A stretch of 64,000 nt of DNA, from assembly GCA_964016885.1 (NCBI GenBank), contig CAXHJY010000264.1, positions 599,932-663,931 on the forward strand, in the 5' to 3' direction. A program made the translations under genes and the position numbers. Shown in pieces: positions 39,979-52,890 of the stretch. The notes beneath the pieces were generated by a model, which was not told the origin of the DNA, ran no database searches, and was given only the letters and a program-made list of their open reading frames with translations. Every line of letters begins with the position of its first letter. Positions within the stretch are counted from its first letter, which is position 1. The DNA is from Eledone cirrhosa (Eukaryota).

Positions 39979-40910
39979 TTAGAGTAAAGCCCGGCGTTGC
40001 TCGGGGTCGCTCAGTAGCTGTGTTAAAGTTACAATGTTAAGTTTCTTTTTTGGCTTAAAAACTGTAGTGTCTACTGTGCAGACTTGCATGTGGTGTTTTT
40101 TATTAATATTCCCTCAACCAACAATATGCCTTATGAAGTTAAGAAAACATAACGATAACCCGAATGTTATAACAAAAGAGGATGCTGGGGATAAAAACTG
40201 CACTGGTTATTTATTAACAAAGATCGAAAATGTAAACACTGCAACGCAGAGAAAAACATTAGCGTAACCAAATTATCAGTTATGTCTGTCTGCACGCCTA
40301 TATCACCTCTCTGCACGACTGTCTGTCTGCACGCCTATATCACCTCTCTGCACGACTGACTGTCTGCACGCCTATATCACCTCTCTGCACAACTGTCTGT
40401 CTGCACGCGTATATCACCTCTCTGCACGACTGTCTGTCTGCACGCCTAACGACGAAATATTTGCTTGTTTTACGTAGTCTTTAAATAGACTTGTTTTCAA
40501 GTAAAAATATTGTTTTAAAATGCTTTTAAATGGAAATGAAGCAAAACGGAAGCTTAGTGTTCGAACTGATGAATTTTGCAGGTCAATATTTTGCTGGCTC
40601 GACAACTGTTACGTGTATTGTGTTAATGTCATTTTAAACGCTGAGAAAGCCAGCGTAATTTTTTACGTAAGACGCTCAATGTAAACAGAACAAAGGGAAA
40701 TAACTGATAACTTACGCTCAAAAATCGATACATTATATTCGATTTCGTCACATAGGGTGGGACAATTTGAAATATTTTTTTTCCGATGTCTTCGCTAGGG
40801 CTCAATGTACAAGTATAGTAATTTCGGTGCAATTCCGTGAGAGATTCTAAGAGGAGATGTGTGCCAAAAATCGATAGACAGACAGACAACCACAGTTTTA
40901 AATATATAGA
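39979..40910 (-). mobile_element. Non-autonomous Helitron
   Basis: Minus strand reads A|TCTATATATTTAAAACTGTGGTTGTCTGTCTGTC ... hairpin CCCGAGCAACGCCGGG, CTTTACT, CTAA|T. This gives 5' TC, 3' CTRR, a subterminal hairpin and an A/T target. Confidence 0.85.
40283..40448. repeat. 37-bp minisatellite (about 4.5 copies) inside the Helitron
   Basis: TGTCTGTCTGCACGCCTATATCACCTCTCTGCACGAC starting at 40283, 40320, 40357, 40394 and 40431. Confidence 0.95.
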
Positions 40911-40916
40911 TATACA

Positions 40917-40952
<36 letters not shown>

Positions 40953-41006
40953 TATATATATATACATATATATAAATACATATATATACATATATATATA
41001 TATACA

Positions 41007-41044
<38 letters not shown>

Positions 41045-41134
41045 TATATATATACATATATATATATATATACATCTATATATATACATATATATATATA
41101 TATACATCTATATATATACATATATATATACATC

Positions 41135-41168
<34 letters not shown>

Positions 41169-41171
41169 CAT

Positions 41172-42786
41172 GCCTGCTCCAGCCACAGACTTCGTCTGTC
41201 GCCAACAGCAGGTTTGCTTTCAGAAATTCCCACTCTCCCTCTATATTGTCCGACTCTAAATGTTCTTCCTTACTGTCGAAAGCATCAAGTAATATGCTTT
41301 GAAATTTATTCCTGGCTGTGGGGTCCTTTAGCTTCCATATTTTCCTCCTGAGGATAGTCCTCTTCTGTTGTCGAGTACGTCTCGTCCTGACTATGAGGTC
41401 GCTAATTATCAGTCTATGTTGGGAGGTGCATTCTTCATGGGGGAGGGATTTAGTGTTAACAACAGACACTCTGTCACGTCTTCTGGTAAGGATATAATCT
41501 ACCTGGCTTGTGTGTTCCCCGGATCTATAGGTGATCAGGTGATTGTCACGTTTTTTGAAGTTAGTGTTACAGATAGTTAGGTTATTTGCATCACAGAATT
41601 CCAGGATTCTGGAGCCTTCCTCATTTCTAGTACCAAACCCATAGCCTCCATGGATTTCGTCGTAGCCGTCACAATGTTGTCCAACGTGACCATTTAGGTC
41701 GCCTGCGATAATTATATAGTCACTGTCGGATATTTGGGAGGTAGTTAGCATCAGTGTCTCATAGAATCTGTCTTTTATAGTGCCGGGCAGTCCGGATTGG
41801 GGTGCGTACGCAGATATTACTGTCACCGTAGTTCTATTGAGGACAAGTCGTATTTTAATTATTCTGTCGTTCACTCTATTTACGTCTATTATCTTATCTG
41901 CCCACTTTTCTGCTACCATGATTCCTACTCCACCCAGCCCATCGTCGTTTCCCACCCAGAAAAGCTTATAACATCGTTTTTTACCCTCAATGAACCTAGC
42001 AGACCCACCCCTCCACCTGGTCTCTTGAATACAACAAACATCGACCTCCTTACGTTCAAGCATTTCTACAACCTCGTTAGCGCGACCCTTTAGGGTGCCT
42101 ACATTTATGGTACCAACTCTGAAGTTTTGGATTGCGTTTGGGGGTTGGGGGCGGTGAGGGGCGGGGGCGATGGGGTTATGTTAGCCGTCCGCGGTCGAAA
42201 CAATGAGGAGTGCTCGCATTCTCGTCCAAGAGGTGAATTTGTCTTTATCTTTGGCATTGTCGCTGAGCGTCCAGATTTTTCTCTCTCTCACCTCCACTCT
42301 CCAGGATTCCGCAGTCCATTCATCCATCATATATCGAAAGGCAACCAGGCAAGCGATAGTATAGGCCTCTGGTTTCTGATTGGTCCGCGTAATAATACTG
42401 GTGATGCGTGGGGGCTCTGTTTTATGATTGGTCCACGTAATAGCAATGGTGGTGCGTGGGGGTGGGAGGGAGGGGTGTTGGGTAGCTAGCAAGAAGGTAA
42501 TGATTGAATGGGGTCCTTGCATTTAACAAGCGATTAACAAAAATACAAAATTTGTTCTGTTAAATACGCCCAAAAACTTTCGTATTTAACAATTAATAGA
42601 AACAGAAAATGTAGTTTGTTTTAGCGATAGATTGGCTATTTGGACTTGATGCGAAATATGGATTGTTTTGAAAATACGCTAGAATTAAGATTTGTGGAGG
42701 GAGAGAAATGAAAACTGTACATTACGTTTACATGAATATCGTGGGTGGACAGCAAGCAATGAAATTTGGCGAAGTGAATTCCTATC

Positions 42787-42861
<75 letters not shown>

Positions 42862-42927
42862 GAGAGCGAGGGGGGGGGGCACATGATGGCTGTGGGTGTT
42901 AGGCGTTTGACCGCCCCGTGCCTTCGA
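41172..42927 (-). mobile_element. RTE family A 5' part (5' UTR variant 2 plus APE domain)
   Basis: ORF 41134-42063 is nearly identical to the APE region of 53245-56523; frameshift in the Pro-rich leader. Confidence 0.95.
42377..42434 (-). promoter_or_regulatory. Two GGACCAATCA (NF-Y-type CCAAT) boxes in the RTE 5' UTR
   Basis: TGATTGGTCC at 42377 and 42425; also at 56666 in the otherwise diverged UTR of the full-length copy. Confidence 0.4.
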
Positions 42928-43172
42928 ACAAATTTTGTATTTTTGTTAATCGCTTGTTAAATGCAAGGACCCCATTCAATCATTACCTTCTTGCTAGCTA
43001 TTTTCAAACCTTAATTCCTAACGTATTTTCAAACCTCAATCCCTAATTCTAGCGTATCTTCAAAACAAAAAAAAACAAAATCCTTTCCTCCTTCCTTCTT
43101 CCTTCTTCGAAGGCACGGGGCGGTCAAACGCCTAACACCCACAGCCATCATGTGGCCCCCCCCCTCGCTCTC

Positions 43173-43239
<67 letters not shown>

Positions 43240-45182
43240 GATAGGAATTCACTTCGCCAAATTTCATTGCTTGCTGTCCACCCACGATATTCATGTAAAC
43301 GTAATGTACAGTTTTCATTTCTCTCCCTCCACAAATCTTAATTCTAGCGTATTTTCAAAACAATCCATATTTCGTATCAAGTCCAAATAGCCAATCTATC
43401 GCTAAAACAAACTACATTTTCTGTTTCTATTAATTGTTAAATACGAAAGTTTTTGGGCGTATTTAACAGAACAAATTTTGTATTTTTGTTAATCGCTTGT
43501 TAAATGCAAGGACCCCATTCAATCATTACCTTCTTGCTAGCAATTTTCAAACCTTAATTCCTAACGTATTTTCAAACCTCAATCCCTAATTCTAGCGTAT
43601 CTTCAAAACAAAAAAAAACAAAATCCTTTCCTCCTTCCTTCTTCCTTCTTCTAAAGCCATGTATAAAGAAACAGTCAGCAAGGTTAGAATTAACAACGAA
43701 TATAGTGAAGAGTTTAGCGTAAAAGTTGGCGTCCATCAGGGCTCTGTTCTCAGCCCACTACTATTTATTATTGCCCTTCAGGCTATAACAGAGGAGTTCA
43801 AGACAGGCTGCCCATGGGAACTCCTATACGCAGACGACCTGACACTCATAGCGGAATCAATGGCCGAGCTAGAGAAGAAATTCCAAACATGGAAGCACGG
43901 CCTAGAGTCAAAAGAACTTAAAATTAACCTGGCTAAGACCAAAGTACTAGTTTGTAGGAAAGAAAACAAGGCGGCGGTCCCTTCTGGGAAATGGTCGTGC
44001 TCGGTGTGTAGGAAAGGCGTAGGTAGAAACTCCATTTTATGTCCTAAATGCAAAGTATGGGTGCATAAAAGATGTAGTGGGATCACAGGTAAGCTAACTA
44101 AGAACATAGATTTTACATGTGGCCGGTGCTCTGGTGCAATAAGTAGCAGCAAGTGCCCACAAAATACTAGCTCTTTCAATTGCGCAGAGGGTTCTATAGA
44201 AATAGTGGACAGCTTCCGTTACCTGGGCGATAAAATCAGCAGTGGGGGAGGGTGCTCTGAAAGTACTGTAGCTAGAGTCAGAACTGGTTGGAAAAAGTTC
44301 AGAGAGCTTATACCACTATTAGCTGCTAAAGGGTTCTCACTAAAAATGAAAGGCAGGTTGTACGATGCCTGCATACGAACAGCGATGCTGCATGGCAGTG
44401 AGACCTGGGCATTGTGTGCAGAGGATATACGCAGACTAGAGAGGAACGAAGCTTGCATGCTCCGCTGGATGTGTAACAGTAATATACGTGAACGGCAAAG
44501 CATAAACGAACTAAGGAAAAAATTAGAGATAAGAGGGATCAGATGTTGTTTACTCGAGAGAAGGCTACGTTGGTATGGACACGTGATGCGCATGAAAGTC
44601 GATAGCTATATAACAAAGTGCAGGGCAATAAAGATAGACGGTAGTCACGGAATAGGCAGACCTAGAAAAACCTGGGACGAGCTGATAAACTCCGACATCA
44701 CACACTTACACCTCTCCAAGACAATGTCACTGGACCGAGACCTTTGGCGGTACTCAGTAACAGAGAAGACCCGCCTTACCTAAATATATAGTAAAACCTA
44801 CTCCAGCCAGTAGGCATCTCTAACAAAATACACCCCGTCCCCACCACCCCCGCCCCCACCCCATCCACACCACCCCGTTCTATGTAAAGTTACGTTGGTG
44901 CCGCGCCATCGAGGCCGAAACAAATGAGATCGTGTAGGTGTCACGACAAAAAAACACACAGTCCACGCTGTAATGTGGCCGTGTAGGCAACACGGTAAAA
45001 ACCTCCCAGACCCACACTGTAAATGTGGTTGGTGTTAGGAAGGGCATCCAACTGTAGAAAACCTGCCAGACAGTCCTATGCGAGCAAGACAATCACTCTT
45101 GCCTCAAGTGGGACTACCCCCGTCCAAACCCATGCAAGCGTGGAACACGGACGTTAAACGTTGATGATGATGATGATGATGA
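42926..45182 (+). mobile_element. RTE family A: tandem 5' UTR monomers (543-bp period) joined directly to the RT C-terminal half, 3' UTR and (GAT)n tail
   Basis: 42926-43108 is repeated at 43469-43651. ORF 43659-44783 has YADD. APE and the start of RT are missing. Confidence 0.92.
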
Positions 45183-45214
45183 CATCTATATATATACATC
45201 TATATATATACATC

Positions 45215-45246
<32 letters not shown>

Positions 45247-45276
45247 CATCTATATATATACATCTATATATATACA

Positions 45277-45314
<38 letters not shown>

Positions 45315-45344
45315 CATCTATATATATACATCTATATATATACA

Positions 45345-45376
<32 letters not shown>

Positions 45377-45534
45377 CATATATATATATATACATCTATA
45401 TATATACATCTATATATGTATATATATACATCTATATATATACATCTATATATATACATATATATATATATATACATCTATATATATACATCTATATATA
45501 TACATCTATATATATACATCTATATATATACATC

Positions 45535-45568
<34 letters not shown>

Positions 45569-45630
45569 CATCTATATATATACATATATATATATATATA
45601 CATCTATATATATACATATATATATACATC

Positions 45631-45662
<32 letters not shown>

Positions 45663-45677
45663 CATCTATATATATTA

Positions 45678-45708
<31 letters not shown>

Positions 45709-45770
45709 TATATATATACATATATATATATACATCTATATATATACATATATACATCTATATATATACA

Positions 45771-45806
<36 letters not shown>

Positions 45807-45843
45807 TATATATATACATATATATATACATCTATATATATAC

Positions 45844-45874
<31 letters not shown>

Positions 45875-45945
45875 CATATATATATACATCTATATATATA
45901 CATATATATATATATACATATATATATATACATCTATATATATAC

Positions 45946-45984
<39 letters not shown>

Positions 45985-45991
45985 CATATAT

Positions 45992-46109
45992 AACGAAGGA
46001 AATGTGGTAAGGAACCAGGTGGACCATAACGCACCAAAGTACTCAATACTTGAGGTAGTAGAGTGGGTAATAGGAACCAGTAAGACCCCGGGGTCTTACT
46101 GGTTCCTAT
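45992..46109 (+). mobile_element. Short TA-flanked repeat ending in a perfect 40-bp palindrome (46070-46109)
   Basis: ATAGGAACCAGTAAGACCCC|GGGGTCTTACTGGTTCCTAT; same family as 22429-22540. Confidence 0.8.
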
Positions 46110-46113
46110 ATAC

Positions 46114-46158
<45 letters not shown>

Positions 46159-46172
46159 CATATATATATATA

Positions 46173-46306
46173 TCATCATCATCAACGTTTAACGTCCGTG
46201 TTCCACGCTTGCATGGGTTTGGACGGGGGTAGTCCCACTTGAGGCAAGAGTGATTGTCTTGCTCGCATAGGACTGTCTGGCAGGTTTTCTACAGTTGGAT
46301 GCCCTT

Positions 46307-46308
<2 letters not shown>
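46173..46308 (-). mobile_element. RTE family A 3'-terminal fragment
   Basis: (CAT)n-caacgtttaacgtccgtg...gcccttcct. Confidence 0.95.
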
Positions 46309-46396
<88 letters not shown>

Positions 46397-46575
46397 CATA
46401 TATATATACATATACATATATATATATACATATATATACATATATATATATACATATATATACATATATATAGATATACATATATATATATATACATATA
46501 TACATATATATATATACATATATATACATATATACATATATATATATACATATATACATAGATATATATATATAT

Positions 46576-46620
<45 letters not shown>

Positions 46621-46647
46621 TATACATATATATACATATATATATAC

Positions 46648-46678
<31 letters not shown>

Positions 46679-46968
46679 CACATATATATATATATACACA
46701 TATATATATATACACATATATATATATATACACATATATATATATATATACACATATATATATATACACATATATATATACACATATATATATACACATA
46801 TATATATACACATATATATATACATACACATATATATATATACACATAAATATATATACACACATACACATATATACACATATATATATATACACACACA
46901 TATATATATATATACACATATATATATACACATATATATATATATATACACATATATATATATACACA

Positions 46969-47000
<32 letters not shown>

Positions 47001-47052
47001 CACATATATATATATACACATATATATATATACATATATATATATACACATA

Positions 47053-47084
<32 letters not shown>

Positions 47085-47146
47085 CATATATATACACATA
47101 TATATATATACATATATATATATACATATATATATACACATATACA

Positions 47147-47203
<57 letters not shown>

Positions 47204-47885
47204 GACCCAGCAGATAGGCAAATCAGAGAGGCCAGTGAAATAGAAATTAGAAGACCAAAGCTAAACAGAAAGAATGAGTGGAACAACAACAACACCCAAA
47301 CAAACAACACTGACCTAAGAGAAGTATAAATAAGTAAATAAAATAAAATAAAATAAAATAAAATAAAATAAAATAAAATAAAATAAGATAAATACATACA
47401 CAAGCACAATAACAACAAGCACATAAACACACACTAGTCACCCAGCAGAGACAGCACTATACACACTAGTCACACATCACACATAACACTATACACACAC
47501 GCAAACGCATGCGCAAAGAAGACAAAATAAAATAAGATAAACAAACAATCAAATAAATAAATAAATATATAGACAGACTGAATAAAAAATGGCGTAGACA
47601 TACAACACAACAGGAGGAACAATGAATATAACACCACTGACGATGTTGCAGATGTGCAACGAAAGATTTATGTAAATTATGTAAATTATATATATGTGTT
47701 TGTGTCTATATTGTATCTGTATTATTTTTCACCGTCGGTCAGTCAATGGCAACATTGAGGACCGAGTAAGTTAGATCGCAGATATAAAAGACAGAGAGAA
47801 GCGAAAACCAACCAAACAGTGAGTGTGTTCTGTTATTAATTCTGGCAATATTACGCAAATATGACCCTTCCCAAATATAACAATA
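47204..47885 (+). mobile_element. 5'-truncated Penelope-like element: GIY-YIG C-terminus plus pseudo-LTR with hammerhead
   Basis: 47204-47329 encodes [26 protein letters not shown]...*, fitting the E...I...P.LN motif of GIY-YIG endonucleases. Hammerhead at 47635; GNRA hairpin at 47735-47765. Confidence 0.75.
47635..47672 (+). ncRNA. Minimal hammerhead ribozyme motif
   Basis: CA-CTGACGA-T-GTTGCA GATG TGCAAC-GAAA-GATTTA^TG; perfect 6-bp helix II, weak helices I and III. Confidence 0.62.
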
Positions 47886-47961
47886 TATATATATATATAT
47901 ATACATATATATATACATATATATACATATATATATATACATATATATATATACATATATA

Positions 47962-48283
47962 TGTAGGAGGTGAGTTTTATTGTAGTACAATAAAGCAATG
48001 CAGATATCGGATAAGAAGCACTCTGCAGTTTGTAGGACTGGAGTATACATAATATATAAGATCAAAAGATGGTTAAAGGAGTTCCATGTATTTTATTATG
48101 CGCATTTCATGTTGATTTAAAACTGCACTATCCATAAGTGTTTTTTAGCCTTCATATCATGTTCTCCTGTTTTATCTGATGAAAACACAAATATTATTGC
48201 ATGATGATGTTTGTTTTTGAAATGCGCATAATAAAATACATGGAACTCCTTTAACCATCTTTTGATCTTATATATTATATACA
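47962..48283 (+). mobile_element. Short Penelope-like element with head-to-head inverted 3' duplication
   Basis: About 48043-48109 is the reverse complement of about 48218-48283; (TA)n on both sides. Confidence 0.75.
48170..48236 (+). ncRNA. Type I hammerhead ribozyme
   Basis: Helix I TTTTAT/ATAAAA; CTGATGA 48176-82; long AU/GU helix II; GAAA 48219-22; palindromic helix III ATGCGCAT; predicted cut after 48230. Confidence 0.8.
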
Positions 48284-48420
48284 TATATATATATATATAC
48301 ATACATATATATACATATACATAAATAAATATACATATATATATACATATATATATCTATATATATATATACATATATACACATATATATATACACATAT
48401 ATATATACACATATATATAT

Positions 48421-48455
<35 letters not shown>

Positions 48456-48458
<3 letters not shown>

Positions 48459-49808
48459 CTTTGAAATGTTTTGGCCAGTATTGGCCCAGGCCATGTCTAA
48501 CTTAATAGCACCACCTGGCGAAGTCTTTCAATTCAGGATTTGGGCACCATGGCCCATTCGAGAAGAGAATTACTGTTTGCGGAGACATATCCGGGTGTGG
48601 GTGGTTTGTCCGGGATTACTTGGAGGAATTTGTCCAAAGACTTCTTGAATTTTGTGTGGTCAGTTTCTGTTTTGACGTGTCCTGGTGTGATGTTGAAGAG
48701 AGCAGGGCCGATTGAGGTGAAATAATTGTGCCGTATTGTTGTTATGAGTTGCGATTTAGATTTTTGAATGGGACGGATAGCACGGGGCCCAAGCCTTGGG
48801 TGTATCTTGAAGGCGATGCCAACATCATTTGGGCAGTGATGATGGAACATTTTCCACATCATGCAGATAATATAACGCTCACGGCGACGTTGGAGTGAGT
48901 AAAGTTTCAGGTTTTCCAATCGACCCCAGTAGTCAAGGTCTGACATGCCATCTATCTTTTTCGTGATTGCCCTTTGAGGAGCTTCAAGTTTCATGATACT
49001 TTGTTTCGTGTGGGGAGACCACAGTGGACAACAGTATTCAAGGTGTGGTCGGGCGAAAGTAGAGAAGAGAAGGATAATGGTGCGGGAATCTCTCGACTGG
49101 AAGGTTCTGAGGATCCAGGAACACATTCTGCGGGCCATGTCAACTTTGCTGCTTATATGCGTGGTCCAGCTTATGTTGCTGTCCACGGTTACTCCCAAGT
49201 CTCTGATGTTGTTAGATGCCACGAGAGTTTCCCCGGAGGGAAGGGTGTACGGGAGTTTCAGAGCATCCTCTTTTCCAAAGTGGATCAGTTCGAATTTGTC
49301 TTCGTTCAGTAACATGTTGTTCTTTTCTGCCCATTGGGTAACAGCCAGTAGGTCTGACTGAAGGCTTATCCGGTCATCCACGCCATTGATGACCTTTTGG
49401 AGCTTGGAATCATCAGCGAAAATTTTAATGTTGCTGTGTTTGATGATGTCAGTGATGTCATTAATATAGATGATGAAGAGAAGTGGGCCCAACACAGTGC
49501 CTTGTGGGACTCCACTACTGACTTTGGCTGGGCTTGATTTGACTCCCTCAACTACAACATGTTGGGTTCTGTTTGACAGGAAGCTCTTGATCCACTGCAG
49601 CAGCTTTCCAGTGACACCAATATTGGACAGCTTTCTCAGTAGAATGTTATGATCAACCCTGTCAAAGGCCTTGCTGAAATCAAGGTAGATAACATCAGTG
49701 TTGGAACCCTCTCCCAAGGCTCTCAAAATGTCATCAAAGTGATGCAGTAGTTGCGTCAGGCAATCCCTTCCATTACGGAATCCATGCTGGTTGGAGTTCA
49801 GCATATTA
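48456..49808 (-). mobile_element. 5'-truncated CR1-like LINE (family C), open RT half
   Basis: ORF 48533-49918 has [28 protein letters not shown] and [11 protein letters not shown]; TTCAAAGTTA tail. Confidence 0.95.
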
Positions 49809-49878
49809 ATATATATATATATATATACATATATATATACATATATATATACACATATATATATATACATATATATAT

Positions 49879-49930
<52 letters not shown>

Positions 49931-49931
<1 letters not shown>

Positions 49932-50087
49932 CCTTGTCAAAGGCCTTCGCAAAGTCAAGATATATCACGTCTACATGTGAGCTGTCTAGTAGCTGTCTCA
50001 GTACCCAGTCGTAGTGATGTAGCAGCTGTGTAAGGCAGCTTCTTCCTGGGCGGAAGCCATGTTGCGTGCTAGTCAGGCGGTCATTTT
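49931..50087 (-). mobile_element. Internal RT fragment of CR1-like family B
   Basis: Matches 31982-32138. Confidence 0.9.
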
Positions 50088-50259
50088 ATTTATTTTTTTT
50101 TTATTTTTTTAATACATATATATATTTATTAAAATAACAGATTTATACGTATATATATTTATTAAAATAACAGATTAATACGGTTCTTATATATTTGATA
50201 TATATTTTCCTTATCGAGCCCTCTTTGGATTTTAGTCTTCAATTTGATTATTATTACTA

Positions 50260-50375
50260 TACGTATATATATATACGTATATATATATACATATATGTAT
50301 ATATGTATATATATATACATATATGTATATATGTATATATATATACATATATATATATACATATATGTATATATG

Positions 50376-50423
<48 letters not shown>

Positions 50424-50465
50424 CATATATATATATACATATATATATATACATATATATATTAC

Positions 50466-50496
<31 letters not shown>

Positions 50497-50848
50497 CATA
50501 TATATACATACATATATATATATATACATATATATATACATACATATATATATATACATATATATATACATACATATATATATATACATATATATATACA
50601 TACATATATATATATACATATATATATACATACATATATATATATACATATATATATATACATATATATATATATACATATATATACACATATATATATA
50701 TATACACATATATATATATATATATATACACATATATATATATATACACATATATATACATACACATATATATATACATACACATATATATGTATATATA
50801 CACATATATATATATATACACATATACATATATATATACATATATTCT

Positions 50849-50881
<33 letters not shown>

Positions 50882-50907
50882 GCACATATATATATACATA
50901 TATATAT
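50260..50907. repeat. (TA)n array
   Basis: Directly visible. Confidence 0.97.
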
Positions 50908-52060
50908 AACTTTGAATAACTTTGAAATGTTTTGGCCAGTATTGGCCCAGGCCATGTCTAACTTAATAGCACCACCTGGCGAAGTCTTTCAATTCAGGAT
51001 TTGGGCACCATGGCCCATTCGAGAAAAGAATTACTGTTTGCGGAGACATATCCGGGTGTGGGTGGTTTGTCCGGGATTACTTGGAGGAATTTGTCCAAAG
51101 ACTTCTTGAATTTTGTGTGGTCAGTTTCTGTTTTGACGTGTCCTGGTGTGATGTTGAAGAGAGCAGAGCCAATTGAGGTGAAATAATTGTGCCGTATTGT
51201 TGTTATGAGTTGCGATTTAGATTTTTGTATGGGACGGATAGCACGGGGCCCAAGCCTTGGGTGTATTTTGAAGGCGATGCCAACATCATTTGGGCAGTGA
51301 TGATGGAACATTTTCCACATCATGCAGATAATATAACGCTCACGGCGACGTTGGAGTGAGTAAAGTTTCAGGTTTTCCAATCGACCCCAGTAGTCAAGGT
51401 CTGACATGCCATCTATCTTTTTCGTGATTGCCCTTTGAGGAGCTTCAAGTTTCATGATACTTTGTTTCGTGTGGGGAGACCACAGTGGACAACAGTATTC
51501 AAGGTGTGGTCGGGCAAAAGTAGAGAAGAGAAGGATAATGGTGTGGGAATCTCTCGACTGGAAGGTTCTGAGGATCCAGGAACACATTCTGTGGGCCATG
51601 TCAACTTTGCTGCTTATATGTGTGGCCCAGCTTATGTTGCTGTCCACGGTTACTCCCAAGTCTCTGATGTTGTTAGATGCCACGAGAGTTTCCCCGGAGG
51701 GAAGGGAATACGGGAGTTTCAGAGCATCTTCTTTTCCAAAGTGGATCAGTTCGAATTTGTCTTCGTTCAGTAACATGTTGTTCTTTTCCGCCCATTGGGT
51801 AACAGCCAGTAGATCTAACTGAAGGCTTATCCGGTCATCCACGCCATTGATGACCGTTTGGAGCTTGGAATCATCAGCGAAAATTTTAATGTTGCTGTGT
51901 TTGATGATGTCAGTGATGTCATTAATATAGATGATGAAGAGAAGTGGGCCCAACACAGTGCCTTGTGGGACTCCACTACTGACTTTGGCTGGGCTGGATT
52001 TGACTCCTTCAACTACAACATGTTGGGTTCTGTTTGACAGGAAGCTCTTGATCCACTGCA
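50907..52060 (-). mobile_element. 5'-truncated CR1-like LINE (family C), second copy
   Basis: Near-identical to 48456-49600; tail (TTCAAAGTTA)2. Confidence 0.95.
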
Positions 52061-52067
52061 ATATATA

Positions 52068-52134
<67 letters not shown>

Positions 52135-52146
52135 ATATACATATAC

Positions 52147-52199
<53 letters not shown>

Positions 52200-52212
52200 C
52201 ATATATATATAC

Positions 52213-52311
<99 letters not shown>

Positions 52312-52374
52312 CATATATATATACATATATATATACATATATATATATATACATATATATATATACATATACAT

Positions 52375-52408
<34 letters not shown>

Positions 52409-52412
52409 ATAC

Positions 52413-52443
<31 letters not shown>

Positions 52444-52450
52444 CATATAC

Positions 52451-52517
<67 letters not shown>

Positions 52518-52530
52518 CATATATATATAC

Positions 52531-52617
<87 letters not shown>

Positions 52618-52748
52618 CATACATATATATATACATACATATATATATACATACATATATATATACATATATATATACATACATATATATATACATATAT
52701 ATATACATATACATATACATATATATATATATATACATATATATATAC

Positions 52749-52797
<49 letters not shown>

Positions 52798-52798
52798 C

Positions 52799-52885
<87 letters not shown>

Positions 52886-52890
52886 CATAT
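52061..52890. repeat. (TA)n array
   Basis: Directly visible. Confidence 0.98.

Larger units (their letters stand above)
45183..47203. repeat. (TA)n arrays with two small inserts
   Basis: Directly visible. Confidence 0.97.

Noticed and set aside
42926-43651. HDV-like ribozyme in the RTE 5' UTR
   Set aside because: Looked for because some RTEs carry one; I could not build a nested double pseudoknot by eye.
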